A stretch of DNA of 64,000 nt from NCBI RefSeq assembly GCF_001194135.2, contig NC_068987.1, positions 98,431,224 through 98,495,223 of the forward strand. The letters run 5' to 3'. Source of the stretch: Octopus bimaculoides. Its lineage: Eukaryota. The notes below the pieces were generated by a model. It made no database searches. It was not told where the DNA came from and saw only the letters and a list, made by a program, of their open reading frames with translations. Positions 51,751 through 64,000 of the stretch are shown here, one piece after another. The translations under genes and the position numbers were made by a program. Within the stretch, counting starts at the first letter, position 1. Each line of letters opens with the position of its first letter.

Positions 51751-52799
51751 TTGATCTCCCTGGTCAGGGAAAGCGTGCAAATAGCATGGACACAACCCCT
51801 TCCTCCAGATGAAAACAATGAAAAAGAATGGTTTTCTTTTCATTTTTTTTGTTTTATAATTAATCATATTAATAGGCGCAATGACCATGACCTTTGAAAG
51901 TACTCTCAGCCTATTAAAATCGATGAGGTTGATTGACGGCACTTCTAAGAGAAATGACTGAGAAACGTGTTTAGTGAGACATTCAGTGATTACAGAATAA
52001 TCTATGAGTATAAGGCGTGTTGAGGTAGTTTGTATCATACTAGTTCAGATAATAGTTTTAACGATTATGCAGAGAGGGAGGAGCAGAGGTTATCAGTCTT
52101 TACTTTTATCATCAGGGTTTTTCTGAGTGGCGGAAATAAGGGAAGACGTTATTCTGAAGCTGAATAGTTGGCCTGAATGCTTCGAACAGAAAAAACCTCG
52201 CTAAATCAACCAAGGGCAGTATGTTAAGGAGGTAGCTCTTTTTTTTTTAATATGTATTTTGCTGAGGTTGGATATTTTGCAAATCAGGCAAATGGCAGTA
52301 TTGTTATTTATTTATTTATTTTATCTTTCTTATACATATTTGCAAGTGAAGCTGCAGTATTGACTATGAGTAAGTTGCAGCAAGTTTCCAGATATATGAG
52401 AAACATTATAAAGTGGATTGTCGTCGACTTCTGTAGGGAGTTAGCAACTACTCAGAGCTAAAGTATTTACTGGTTTCGAAAACAGAATCTTCCATTTGCA
52501 AATATTATAAATGTGAGATCGTTATAAGAGTTCTTTTGTGTATACACAGCAATCCTGGTTATAACAGCCAAATTCTTTCCCAAATCACACCCTATCTGTT
52601 AAGAAAAGGACTGTCACGTTTTAGTCTTGGTTTTAAAAATGGGATGGTTTTGATGATAAGCTTATTAAGGCACATGTTTTACATCACAGGAATCTCTCTT
52701 TAACACCTTAATATAATAAGCCAAAGTTGTTGGTGGTCGATTTAAATTCCTAACCAGATTTTGGGTTGGGGCACTGGTTTATTATTGTTGAAGATTGTT

Positions 52800-52830
<31 letters not shown>

Positions 52831-53739
52831 CCATTTTACAATCAAATAACACTCGATCTAAATCTATTACCAATGTCCTTCCAACAGTAACCATCCTGTC
52901 ATTTTCAAATATATTGTATCTAAAACTGCACGACCTCATAGACTGTACATTTTAAAGACGACGCCGTGTAATTTGAGGGAGATTCGCTCACTACATCTTG
53001 CCACTCAAGTGACGACAAAGTGGCTTCCTTGTTTAGCTTCGTAATTACCGCTTTTCGTGTTTATTGCGATAATTATGAAGGCTGTTGTGGTGGCAATTGT
53101 AGTTTTAGATAAACTGAAGTTGCTGGTTGTAGTGAAGGTCTTCTATAAGGCTTCAATATGGCAACTTAAAGTAACTGTTTTTATGTATTTTAAATTTGCT
53201 ATTAGTCTTGATGGTGATAATAGGGATAATTGGCTTGCTGTAGTTGTTGTCATTGTTGTTGCTGAGAATGGCTGTGGTGGTAATCGTATTGTAGGATAGG
53301 GTGAGGACGCATTCACAGTATTGTTTACGAGATGCGGACGGATGAAAGATGTGTTGACAATATAACATCAGAGAAGGGATGAAGGACAAAGAGTAGATTT
53401 AGTTGATACCTCACCAACATGAAAACCATTTAAGTGTTGAGTGAATTAAAGACTTGAATTCATAACAACACTGATTTGTCGAAGTCTTAATGGATGTCAT
53501 TTAAAGATGAGAATTGAATAACGCCGAGAAATATTTGAACACAAGAGAAACAATAACTTAGTTAGTGATACCGGAACATGAGTGAAACAAAATTGGAGCT
53601 AATGAGAATCTGCAGAATGAAGTTAGCGTTGTAAATATAATTCAATAGAAAAGCTAAGCGGGGGTTGATGTTTAAATGGAGATATAATGGCTAAAGTCCT
53701 TTTACTGAGATGTAAAATATATTTTTGGATGTAAAGTTT

Positions 53740-53870
53740 TAAGGAAATTTTAAAGACCACTTTTCCACCTCTGCGTTCAAATTTTGCATATGCTAGAATG
53801 CTCAAATGAAGATCCTAGAAATGGACATCCGAGAAAGAAGTCGTTTGCACAGAAGCATATCGACATGTAT
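53740..53870 (+). mobile_element. Possible mariner relic
   Basis: SNEDPRNGHPR resembles the conserved EDDPRSGRP linker; very decayed. Confidence 0.35.
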
Positions 53871-54545
53871 CTATATGTTCGAACCACCAGCTAGAAGTGG
53901 AAGCCATAAATCTCCTAATTTATATCTTATATGAAACACGTAATTTTCCCTCGATTTAATAATGGAGTGACAACAACTGGTTTGGTATTTTCTGATTGTT
54001 CTGTTCCATGAGTATGCTGTGTTGGTTAGACAGCAGAAAAACTAATGTGTTACTGGCAGATTTGAAAATGGGAAACATTGAAACTGCTATAAATGTAGTA
54101 TTTCCTGTCGGCTATCAGGAATAAAAACTTAATGAAATATATTAAAAGTAATGACAAAATTTGAAGAATAAATTATTTACTATGGCATTAATATAAGTAA
54201 AAGATCATTTTTAAAATTGGAAAACTATATTTAGATCTTCAAATTAAATAAAAAACCTCTAAATCAATATGATACACACATGTATACTCGCGCGTACATA
54301 TACTCACGCACACACGCGCTCACACATATTTCTATGTATGCATATAGTGTTATATTATGCCCATAATAAGCATACGTACTGGTTCTATTTCATTTCTTTT
54401 ATTACAAAAACATAAACAAAAAATGGAAGTGAAATGGAGTCAGTGCGTGTGTTTACTATTGGCTTATTGACCCTCCATAGATACAACACATTCTGTTTCA
54501 GCACATCATTTTACAGCAATAATCAGGTAAACCAAATACCAAAAA

Positions 54546-54652
<107 letters not shown>

Positions 54653-55227
54653 ATATAATATAGTATAGTAATAATATAGTATAATACAATAATATAATAT
54701 CATAAAATATAAGAAGCGGAAGTTTAAGTTAAAATGAAAATAGACATATTTCCTTTATAAAGATATATTCAGAATTTATATTTCCTTCATAAAGATATAT
54801 TTAGAATATATTGTTCATCTTTATTTATTCCAAATAGACAAATACACTGAAATATTCACAAACATATTTACATTAGCACATGTTTATCATTTCAATGTTT
54901 ATATATCCAGAATAACCCGTATATCGGTACACGCACGACCACAAAGCGTATGTAGGCATGCAGTTGTTCGTTGAACGAATTTCACATGCATACATTTGCA
55001 TTTTACTCGGATACACGCTCGTGCCGACGCAGAAGATTATTTTTCAATCATATATTAAATACATACTGCGCTATTTATACATGTTGTTTGCATATACTTG
55101 TCACATATTCCTTCACAAACATTTGCTCATTTGCATTTTGTGTCAAAAAGAGAACATGTACGTAATCGCTCGATTTATTAGAAATAATGGTAAATTACAA
55201 TTCCTGCTAAAAGAAAAGGAGGTGCAA

Positions 55228-55630
55228 TGGATACTCTTTTACTTGTTTCAGTCATTTGACTGCGGCCATGCTGGAGCACCGCCTTTAGTCGAGCAAATCA
55301 ACCCCAGGACTTATTCTTTGTAAGCATAGTACTTATTCTATCGGTCTATTTTTCCGAACCGCTGAGTTACGGGGATGTAAACACACCAGCATCGGTTGTC
55401 AAGAGATGCTGGGGAGACAAACACAGACAAACAAACATATACACACGGACACACACATATATATATATATATATAGACGACGCGCTTCTTTCAGTTTCCG
55501 TCTACCAAATCCACTCACAAGTCTTTGGTTGGCCTGAGGCTATAGTAGAAGACACTTGCCCAAGGTGTCACGTAGTGGGACTGAACCCAGAACCATGTGG
55601 TTGGTAAGCAAGCTACCTACCGCATAGCCT
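55228..55630 (-). mobile_element. SINE family A, near full length
   Basis: Near-consensus reverse complement. Confidence 0.93.
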
Positions 55631-55811
55631 GTTGATACAGATCATCCGGAAAATGTCAGCATGGGTATATTTGGAATGCTAGTGACTATAAATCTATTCA
55701 GTCAATTTTAAGCTGAAAACCATGACAAAGATTCATTCGTTTATGCTGTTTTATACGCACGCGACCACGAACACATATATTTGCTTCATTGGTTCATATT
55801 GGGTTCAAAGT

Positions 55812-56019
55812 TTTGGCAGAAAAGGCCAGCAATTTTGAGGGAAGAGGTAATTCGATTACATCGACCCCAGTGTTTAACAGGTACTTACTGTATCGATCTC
55901 GAAAGGACGAAAGGCAAAGTCGATCTCCGCGGAGTTTGGACTCAGAACGTAAAGACGAACGAAATGCCGCTAAACATTTTCTCCCGGCGTACTAACGTTT
56001 CTGTCAGCACGTTGCCTTA
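55812..56019 (-). mobile_element. SINE family B
   Basis: atcgaccccag...gaaaggcaaagtcgatctc...ggactcagaacgtaaagac...gttgcctta. Confidence 0.88.
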
Positions 56020-56111
56020 ACGTACGAATATATTAGCATCAAATTCACTTATTCATCCTTTAAACACAAAATAACACATGGCCGTAAATACACACACACA
56101 CACACACATGT

Positions 56112-56373
56112 ATAAGTATCCCCTTCAGTCATGAGTGACCATGGGATTGCACATAAAAAGTTCCCTTCCAAGGCACAATTTCGAGCAAGGTTTTCATAGA
56201 AGACCAGCAGTCTCCTCTCCACGCCACCGATGTTATCCAAGGGAAAAGCAAAGGCCGATACGGGTTGGCACCAGTAACGTCGCAACTCATTTCTACAGAT
56301 GAGTGAACTGGATCAATATGAGTCTGGGGCTCATGATTGTGAGCCTCACTCTCTAACCATTGAGCCATACGTC
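56112..56373 (-). mobile_element. tRNA-derived SINE, third tail type, internally deleted
   Basis: Head atggctcaatggttagag...; central ccagttcactcatctgtagaaatgagttg domain like that of the 5682 element; different 3' tail. Confidence 0.75.
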
Positions 56374-57202
56374 TTTACACACACACATATAGAAGGGGAC
56401 AGAGAAAGAGAGAGAGAGAAAGAAAAACATACATACACATATACTTGTGCACACATATACATATAAACATATATAGATGTACACACGTGCATAATTTTTT
56501 TTTCTTTTTGCTCCACTCATACACATTCAGTTACACACAAGGCATGCTATTAATTTTTTCATATCATTTTTCACTTACAACACACCTTATTGATTTACTC
56601 TGCCTCTAGTAATATAACACACTTGTTCCCAAAACGGGGTAATCTTGCCTACCGCCTACCCAGTGTGTAAGTTAGCTGATTCTGGTTTCGTAAAAGTTTA
56701 TTCAATTATTTGTTTATTTCAATTATAATTTAAAGAGTTCTGAAGTTGTAAACAAAAAATTTTGAAGTAGGCTTATTTTGTTGAAAACTACTAATTATTT
56801 TCTTTCTAACAGTTTGGATTTATCGATTGGTATTGTGTACATCTTAATTACTGTGTAATTAATGGAGTAGTCTAATACAGAAGATTGTGTTTGGCTGTAG
56901 AATCTGTTCATTATTAGTTCCAAAATAAATGAGATAACGTTGTTAAGTAGCATTTTTATAGTCATTGTTTTTTAAACTTTAAAAGATAATGTTTAAAAAC
57001 AATAATTTAAAATTTCACGTTGTCCGTTGTGTCTTCATGAAAGAAGCGTAAACTTAAACTACTGAACGAAACAGTTCAAAAAATTACTTATTTTCAAAAT
57101 GTTGGTGGGCTGTAAGCGGAACGAAAATGTTTAGGGACGCCTGATCGAGTAAATCTTGGAACAGGGAAATATACACGCATGCACAATTAAGTGAGAGGTG
57201 CA

Positions 57203-57360
57203 AGGTGTGGATGAGTGGTATGACGTTTGCTTCCTAGCCACATAGTTCTGGGTTCAGTCCCACTGCATGGCAACTTGGGCAAGTGTCTTCTCCTATTGCC
57301 TCTGGCTGACCAAAGCCTTGTGAGTGGATATAACAGACAGAAATTGAAAGAAACTCATCG
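57203..57360 (+). mobile_element. SINE family A 5' half
   Basis: ggttcagtcccactgcatggcaacttgggcaagtgtcttct...caaagccttgtgagtgga. Confidence 0.85.
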
Positions 57361-57369
57361 CGCGCGCGA

Positions 57370-57411
<42 letters not shown>

Positions 57412-59464
57412 AAATAGTAAATGAGTATATGCATATATACGTACGGGTATGTGCATACCGACATCCACCTGTATGTAGAGGTGCATATCTGGGTNNNNNN
57501 NNNNNNNNNNNNNNNNNNNNNNNNNNNNNNNNNNNNNNNNNNNNNNNNNNNNNNNNNNNNNNNNNNNNNNNNNNNNNNNNNNNNNNNNNNNNNNNNNNNN
57601 NNNNNNNNNNNNNNNNNNNNNNNNNNNNNNNNNNNNNNNNNNNNNNNNNNNNNNNNNNNNNNNNNNNNNNNNNNNNNNNNNNNNNNNNNNNNNNNNNNNN
57701 NNNNNNNNNNNNNNNNNNNNNNNNNNNNNNNNNNNNNNNNNNNNNNNNNNNNNNNNNNNNNNNNNNNNNNNNNNNNNNNNNNNNNNNNNNNNNNNNNNNN
57801 NNNNNNNNNNNNNNNNNNNNNNNNNNNNNNNNNNNNNNNNNNNNNNNNNNNNNNNNNNNNNNNNNNNNNNNNNNNNNNNNNNNNNNNNNNNNNNNNNNNN
57901 NNNNNNNNNNNNNNNNNNNNNNNNNNNNNNNNNNNNNNNNNNNNNNNNNNNNNNNNNNNNNNNNNNNNNNNNNNNNNNNNNNNNNNNNNNNNNNNNNNNN
58001 NNNNNNNNNNNNNNNNNNNNNNNNNNNNNNNNNNNNNNNNNNNNNNNNNNNNNNNNNNNNNNNNNNNNNNNNNNNNNNNNNNNNNNNNNNNNNNNNNNNN
58101 NNNNNNNNNNNNNNNNNNNNNNNNNNNNNNNNNNNNAAAAAAAAAAAAAAAAAAAAGAAAAGATGTATGTAACAGAGTATCAGGGATTAGTTTGGGCTAA
58201 ATTGCAAAAAAGGAAAATCAAATAGAAAAAACAATAGTCATAAAAACAGACAACACAAAGTCACTACTTGGTCACTCAGCCTCGCAAAACCTCTTTCAAA
58301 TGACACGCCATAGTCGAAGAAAATGTCGTATTGCGTCATATGGATTTGATTCTAAACTCATAGAGAAAAAGACAGGATCTTCGCAGTCGGAGTACCTTCG
58401 GTCATATGCTTGTTCTGTCAGAACTGAGAAGGGGCTAGATAGCAACAAATACGCATAGGTAGACAATGTGTGCCACTGCGTAACAGCTTGACCTGCTAGA
58501 AATAATAGCTAATTCTGTAAGGAGAAGCATTACATGATATAGTCATAGAACAAAAAAAAATGGAATGGTCATGGTTGGTACGATTTTGATCATATGTCTT
58601 CACAAACAAAAATTTTCTAGAGCTGAACGTCAGTAACATGAACATTAAAACAGCAACAACAACAAGGCACACAACACAAACACACACACACATGCAACAC
58701 ACACATACACACGCATACACAGACATAGACACATATATACACACGCATACACACACATAGACACATATGTACATACAATACACAAAAAATGGAACACATT
58801 ACTACGAAGTTATTTCATGCGAACATACTTACAAAAGCAAGCATTACACATGCACACACGCTCTCTCTCTCTCTCTCTCTCTCTCACAAACACGCACGAA
58901 CGCACGCACACACAAAAACACACACATGTACAAGCATGCACATAGTTACTCCTTTTACACAGACTGTAACATCAGTAAGCATAAACACGTAAACACAAAC
59001 ACAGACGCAATTAACCCATGACAACGCACGCTGTCACAACATTTGAACACTGACAGACACACACAAACAGACACACGCAAACAGACACAAACAGACATAC
59101 ACGAACACAAATGCACACATAAACACACGTACATAAACACACATATAAACCCATGCTCATACACATCAACTACGCCCTCTGCCGTGCAAACCACACTACC
59201 ATCACCTTCCACACAGTTTTACTTCTCATACTCCCCTGTCACTATTTACTGGCAGATTGCATCCTCCCGCCGCCCTATAAGACACTCAACGTTACTCACT
59301 CCCACACAGAACCCTTTTGCTTTGATTCCGTCCCTTTTTCCAACGACTTTTCCCTTTCCACGTGCATGACTTCCTCATGCATCGCTCTCATTTACACATT
59401 TTACTAACGGCCGATGCCACCATCGCGTGTTTGCTTCCTCGTCCTCCTACCTCCAACATTACCA

Positions 59465-59540
59465 GCACCAGCACCACCACCACCACCACCACCGCCGCCA
59501 CTGCAGCCACAACCACCACTACCACCACCACCAACCCACC
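59465..59540. repeat. (CAC)n trinucleotide tract
   Basis: Seen directly. Confidence 0.9.
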
Positions 59541-59823
59541 TCTACTCAACCTATACCCCTCATCCTTGCAACCTCTATATTAAGGTCTCAGATGTTGGAG
59601 GGTGTATAATGTAATTACTGTTTGATCTTCCTTTTCAACTTGCCAACTGATGAGAGATGCACAGTATCGTAACCATGCTGTAATATCGCAGCGCGTATGC
59701 ACCTACATATACAATAAACATACATACATACAAACATGCATTCATGCATGCATACATACATGCATGCATACATACATGCATGCATGCATACATACACACA
59801 CACACATATATATACACACACAC

Positions 59824-59837
59824 AGATCGGAAGAGCG
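59824..59837 (+). other. Illumina adapter remnant AGATCGGAAGAGCG at contig edge
   Basis: 14-nt exact match to the adapter 5' end, directly before an N-gap. Confidence 0.9.
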
Positions 59838-60695
59838 NNNNNNNNNNNNNNNNNNNNNNNNNNNNNNNNNNNNNNNNNNNNNNNNNNNNNNNNNNNNNNN
59901 NNNNNNNNNNNNNNNNNNNNNNNNNNNNNNNNNNNNNNNNNNNNNNNNNNNNNNNNNNNNNNNNNNNNNNNNNNNNNNNNNNNNNNNNNNNNNNNNNNNN
60001 NNNNNNNNNNNNNNNNNNNNNNNNNNNNNNNNNNNNNNNNNNNNNNNNNNNNNNNNNNNNNNNNNNNNNNNNNNNNNNNNNNNNNNNNNNNNNNNNNNNN
60101 NNNNNNNNNNNNNNNNNNNNNNNNNNNNNNNNNNNNNNNNNNNNNNNNNNNNNNNNNNNNNNNNNNNNNNNNNNNNNNNNNNNNNNNNNNNNNNNNNNNN
60201 NNNNNNNNNNNNNNNNNNNNNNNNNNNNNNNNNNNNNNNNNNNNNNNNNNNNNNNNNNNNNNNNNNNNNNNNNNNNNNNNNNNNNNNNNNNNNNNNNNNN
60301 NNNNNNNNTATAATTACATTGTTATATGATAACACAAATGCACAACCCTTTTCGTTGTTCTAACAATATTGTACAACTGCAGTGGCTACATGACACACAG
60401 ACATACTTGCATATACACGAATACTATCAAATTTTATGCTTAAATACATGTCGGAAAGTGGCTTCATCTAACATGGCCGCCATAATGTAGAATAATCACT
60501 TTAGATTCAATAAGCACTTAGTACAGCAATTTTCTATATATTACCATGTATAGTGTATTACATACACACATACACATACATACATACGTACATATATACA
60601 AACGTACATACATTCATACACACATACATACATACATACATACATACATACATACATACATACAGAGATTTGTGTCTGTGTGTGTGTGTGTGTGT

Positions 60696-60900
60696 GTGAG
60701 CTGGCAGAGTCGTTATCGCGCCTGGAAAAATGCTTGGCGGCATTTCATCCGTCTTTATGTCTTCAGTTCAAATTCCGCCGTGGTCCACTTCACCGATCAT
60801 CCTTTCGGAGTCGATAAAATGAGTACCGATGTACCAATTGAGCACTGAGATCGAATGAATCGACTTACCTCCTCTCCAGAAATTTCTACCTTGTTCCAAA
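60696..60900 (+). mobile_element. SINE family B (only plus-strand copy)
   Basis: gagctggcagagtcgtta...cagttcaaattccgcc...catcctttcggagtcgataaaatgagtacc. Confidence 0.85.
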
Positions 60901-60932
60901 ATTCGCAGTTTATATTTATTTAATATCTATCC

Positions 60933-60978
<46 letters not shown>

Positions 60979-61037
60979 TTTATTTACCACCAGTGGTCTA
61001 GCGAGAGTAAAAAAAAAACAGTCAATAGACTATGTAT

Positions 61038-61154
61038 TATTCATTTAAAATGCAGAGATGCCTATAATAAGACATCTATTGGTATGTAGTCTTTTGCTGC
61101 TATTTCTAGCAAGTAGATGTCCTATTATAGGCATCTCTGCATTTTAAATGAATA
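61038..61154. repeat. Near-perfect inverted repeat: 41-bp arms (1 mismatch), 35-nt spacer
   Basis: tattcatttaaaatgcagagatgcctataataagacatcta / tagatgtcctattataggcatctctgcattttaaatgaata. Confidence 0.95.
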
Positions 61155-61244
61155 TCTATCTATCTATCTATCTATCTGTCTGTCTGTCTGTCTGTCTATC
61201 TGTCCGTCTATTTATCTATGTATGTATATATGTATGTATGTATA

Positions 61245-61852
61245 CTCTTACTCTTTTACTCTTTTATTTGCTTCAGTCATTTGACGGTGGCCATGCTGGA
61301 GCACCGCCTTTAGTCGAGTAAATCGATCCCAAGACTTATTCTTTCTAAGCACAGTACTTATTCTATCGTTTACTTTTGCCGAACTGCTGAGTTACGGGGA
61401 CGTAAACACACNNNNNNNNNNNNNNNNNNNNNNNNNNNNNNNNNNNNNNNNNNNNNNNNNNNNNNNNNNNNNNNNNNNNNNNNNNNNNNNNNNNNNNNNN
61501 NNNNNNNNNNNNNNNNNNNNNNNNNNNNNNNNNNNNNNNNNNNNNNNNNNNNNNNNNNNNNNNNNNNNNNNNNNNNNNNNNNNNNNNNNNNNNNNNNNNN
61601 NNNNNNNNNNNNNNNNNATATATATAGATATAGATATAGATATATAGATATAGATATATATATATAGATATATATATATACACGTATACGACGGGCTTCT
61701 TTCAGTTTCCGTCTACCAAATCCACTCACAAGGCTTTGGTCGGCCCGAGGCTATAGTAGAAGACACTTGCCCAAGGTGCCACGCAGTGGGACTGAACCCG
61801 GAACCATGTGGTTGGTAAACAAGCTACTTACCACACAGCCACTCCTACGCCT
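61245..61852 (-). mobile_element. SINE family A with gap at internal microsatellite
   Basis: Both halves near consensus, flanking the gap at 61392-61617. Confidence 0.93.
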
Positions 61853-62159
61853 ACCTAGTTTGTATGTATGTATGTATGTATGTATGTATGTATGTATGTA
61901 TGTATGCACATCTGATAATGCCTGTAGTATATTTCACAGAGATATAGTCACGCTTAACATAAATCTCAGTGTGAAGTAGCGAAATGAAACCTGTTTGAAG
62001 ACTAGATATTTGACTTACGGGTACAACTCATCTGGTTTCCAGCAAACGCTTTCCATCTATCCGACCAATCTCACTCGTAACACTTTAATAAACCAGAGGC
62101 TAGCCTAAGTAGCCGCGCAGTAGGCTTGAACCCAGATCTTTTTGTTTGGGAGTCGAATT

Positions 62160-62216
62160 CTCTTTCCTTCTCTCCACCTTTCTCTCTCTCCCTCTCTCTT
62201 TCTCTCTCTCCCTCTC

Positions 62217-62251
<35 letters not shown>

Positions 62252-62280
62252 TTCTGTCTGTCTCTCTTTCTCTCTCTTCC
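62160..62280. repeat. (CT)n imperfect microsatellite
   Basis: Seen directly. Confidence 0.95.
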
Positions 62281-62531
62281 AGTCCCTCACACACACAAAC
62301 ATATATTTAGCTTGGGGTTCCGTCTGTGCTGCTCAGCACATTAGACAGCAAGTTTCCTCTACCAGGTACAGTTGCGCTACTCTTGCACACTCATTCCACA
62401 TAATGCTGACTGTCTTCAGACCATCTTGAAATGTCCACTGCCAAGTGACCTCCATACTATTCCTTTTACGCCTGTCGCAAAATCTGGCTTTCAAAACATA
62501 GCTGTTTTCCCGTGCCTTTGATTGACTAGGC

Positions 62532-62729
62532 TAGTGTTTCTCAACCATTTATTCGTATTTTACTCGGTTGGACACCACTAGCCATTCAGCGATTAAAACT
62601 CCTGTATTTTTTATAATTAAATATAATTAAGAATGACATAAAAATAGTTTTTACAATATTTTGTGTATCGTAGGGGAACTATTATATGGACCCCGCAAAG
62701 GCCATGTGGAGTCCGGTATAGAACCACTG
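62532..62729. mobile_element. hAT-Charlie-type MITE (~200 bp)
   Basis: TAGTGTTTCTCAACC ... GGTATAGAACCACTG imperfect TIRs (cf. CAGTGGTTCTCAACC); 8-bp TSD not convincing. Confidence 0.55.
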
Positions 62730-62764
62730 GGCTGTACGGAGAATGTGGCCAACCAGGCGAGATC

Positions 62765-62989
62765 TTTTATCTTTTACCTTTCACTTGTCTCAGTCATTAT
62801 ACTACGACCATACTAGGGCCCCGACTTGAGGAATTTTTAGTCGAATGAATCGACCCCAGTAATTATTTCTTTTAAAGCCTGGCCCTTATTCTGCCACTCT
62901 CTTTTGGTGAACAGCTAGATTAAGGGGACATAAACACATGAACACCGGTTGTGAAGCGGTGAGGGGGGACAAACAGAAACAGACAGACA

Positions 62990-63040
<51 letters not shown>

Positions 63041-63207
63041 ACACAACGAGCTTCTTCCAGTTTCCGTCTACCAAATCCATTCACAAGGCTTTGGTCGGGC
63101 CGATGCTATAGTAGAAGACACTTGCCCAAGGTATCACACAGTGGGGACTGAACCTGGAACCATATGGATAGGAAGCAGGTTACTTAAGACACAGCCACAT
63201 TTGCGCC
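62765..63207 (-). mobile_element. SINE family A, diverged full length
   Basis: Reverse complement with (CA)n centre. Confidence 0.88.
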
Positions 63208-63221
63208 GCGTGACATCGCCC

Positions 63222-63575
63222 TTCTCAGAATCTTGTTATTTGTGACATGGTTCTTCTAGTTTACCCACAGAATATTTCTGAGGCATCTTCGGCAGAATGC
63301 ATTTAGTATTCTACCTGTCCTTAACATGCTTTTCCAAATCTCACTGGCATAGATTGCAGTAAATAGAACGATGGATTTTATACAGACTGTAATTCTGATC
63401 AGTGCCTGAGACCATCCAAATTGAATTCACCAGCTGAAACACTGCTGCCGCCTCCCCAATCCTGCAGGTGATGTCCAGTTCCACATCACTATTGCTACTT
63501 ATCATATCGTCTCCAAGAAAGAAATTGGTTCACTTCTATCTTGTGCTGGTTGGTATTGATAGCTGCTTTTTAGTC
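63222..63575 (-). mobile_element. RTE-clade LINE, post-RT region
   Basis: IEVNQF..LG..ISSNSDVELDITCRIGEAAAVF...IW...SIVLFTAIYASEIWK...LNAFCRRCLRNIL...NHVTN (cf. YLGS...RIGKA...AIYA.ETW...F..RCLR.IL...DHVTN). Confidence 0.85.
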
Positions 63576-63850
63576 CATATCAGCAAATTGTCTCGTCCTT
63601 TTTCGGCTGCATGGCGACTTCGTCTTGAGAAAGACAGAGGGTAGGCTCAAAAATTGGAAACCCGTAAATAGGGCAGGCAAGGCAGAAAAATCTTGACTTC
63701 GGTGATGACATCGCGTTGATAATAGAAATCCTTGCAGATCTGCAAGAATTGACAGCGTCAGCGCAACAAAATGCAGAGAAGATCGGGCTAAAGATTAGCA
63801 CAACTGAGACGAAATTGATGAATGTAGACAATGCTAAGGACCATGATGAA
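63576..63850 (+). mobile_element. RTE-clade LINE, RT core segment (opposite orientation to the adjoining segment)
   Basis: DFVLRKT...NLDFGDDIALIIEILADLQELTASAQQNAEKIGLKISTTETKLM (cf. DLDFADDIALL...LQ...A..IGL.I...KTK.M). Confidence 0.88.
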
Positions 63851-64000
63851 GTCATTATTATATAGCCGAAGTGAACCAGGTCACCGATTCGTACATGTAA
63901 ACAGAAACCCACAGAAGAGAGAGGTTCATGTTTTTGCTTAATTATACCTCGTTTGTTTTGATTACGATTGTATCGACCTCACCGCGTATATATATATATA

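Noticed and set aside
59150-59460. C-rich stretch with several overlapping short ORFs
   Set aside because: Strand-skewed composition explains the open frames; no recognisable domain.
59642-59688. CUGAUGA...GUAAC...GUA on plus
   Set aside because: GAAA is mutated and stem I does not pair.
62524-62737. 8-bp TSD for the hAT-type MITE
   Set aside because: Flanks gactaggc and ggctgtac match at only 4 of 8 positions, so no TSD is claimed.

Overview
Eukaryotic, AT-rich, microsatellite-saturated draft-assembly DNA with about 19 N-gaps (roughly 9-10 kb). The SINE families present point to a coleoid cephalopod, most likely Octopus. This is inference from recognised repeat sequences, not a database result. 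No host protein-coding exon, rRNA, genuine tRNA or CRISPR array could be supported, and almost all ORF-track entries are artefacts of simple repeats or N-runs. The window is a transposon graveyard. It holds about 15 copies or fragments of one tRNA-derived SINE (family A, with an internal microsatellite), about 10 of a second (family B), and several modular SINEs that swap heads, bodies and tails. It also holds fragments of HERO (RLE), RTE, CR1/L2-group and Penelope-like (PLE) retroelements, plus mariner, hAT and Helitron relics and MITEs. The most interesting signals are: (i) a type I hammerhead ribozyme with an intact core at 7163-7208 (-); (ii) further hammerhead-like motifs in PLE pseudo-LTRs and in a ~360-bp retrozyme-like tandem/inverted structure at 24.1-24.7 kb; (iii) a pseudoknot-capable HERO 3' UTR; (iv) an RTE LINE with an inverted internal segment; (v) a near-perfect 41-bp-stem hairpin at 61.0-61.2 kb; and (vi) Illumina adapter remnants at two contig edges. 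Boundaries of degenerate elements are approximate. All family assignments were made by eye from motif recall and need HMM or RepeatMasker confirmation.
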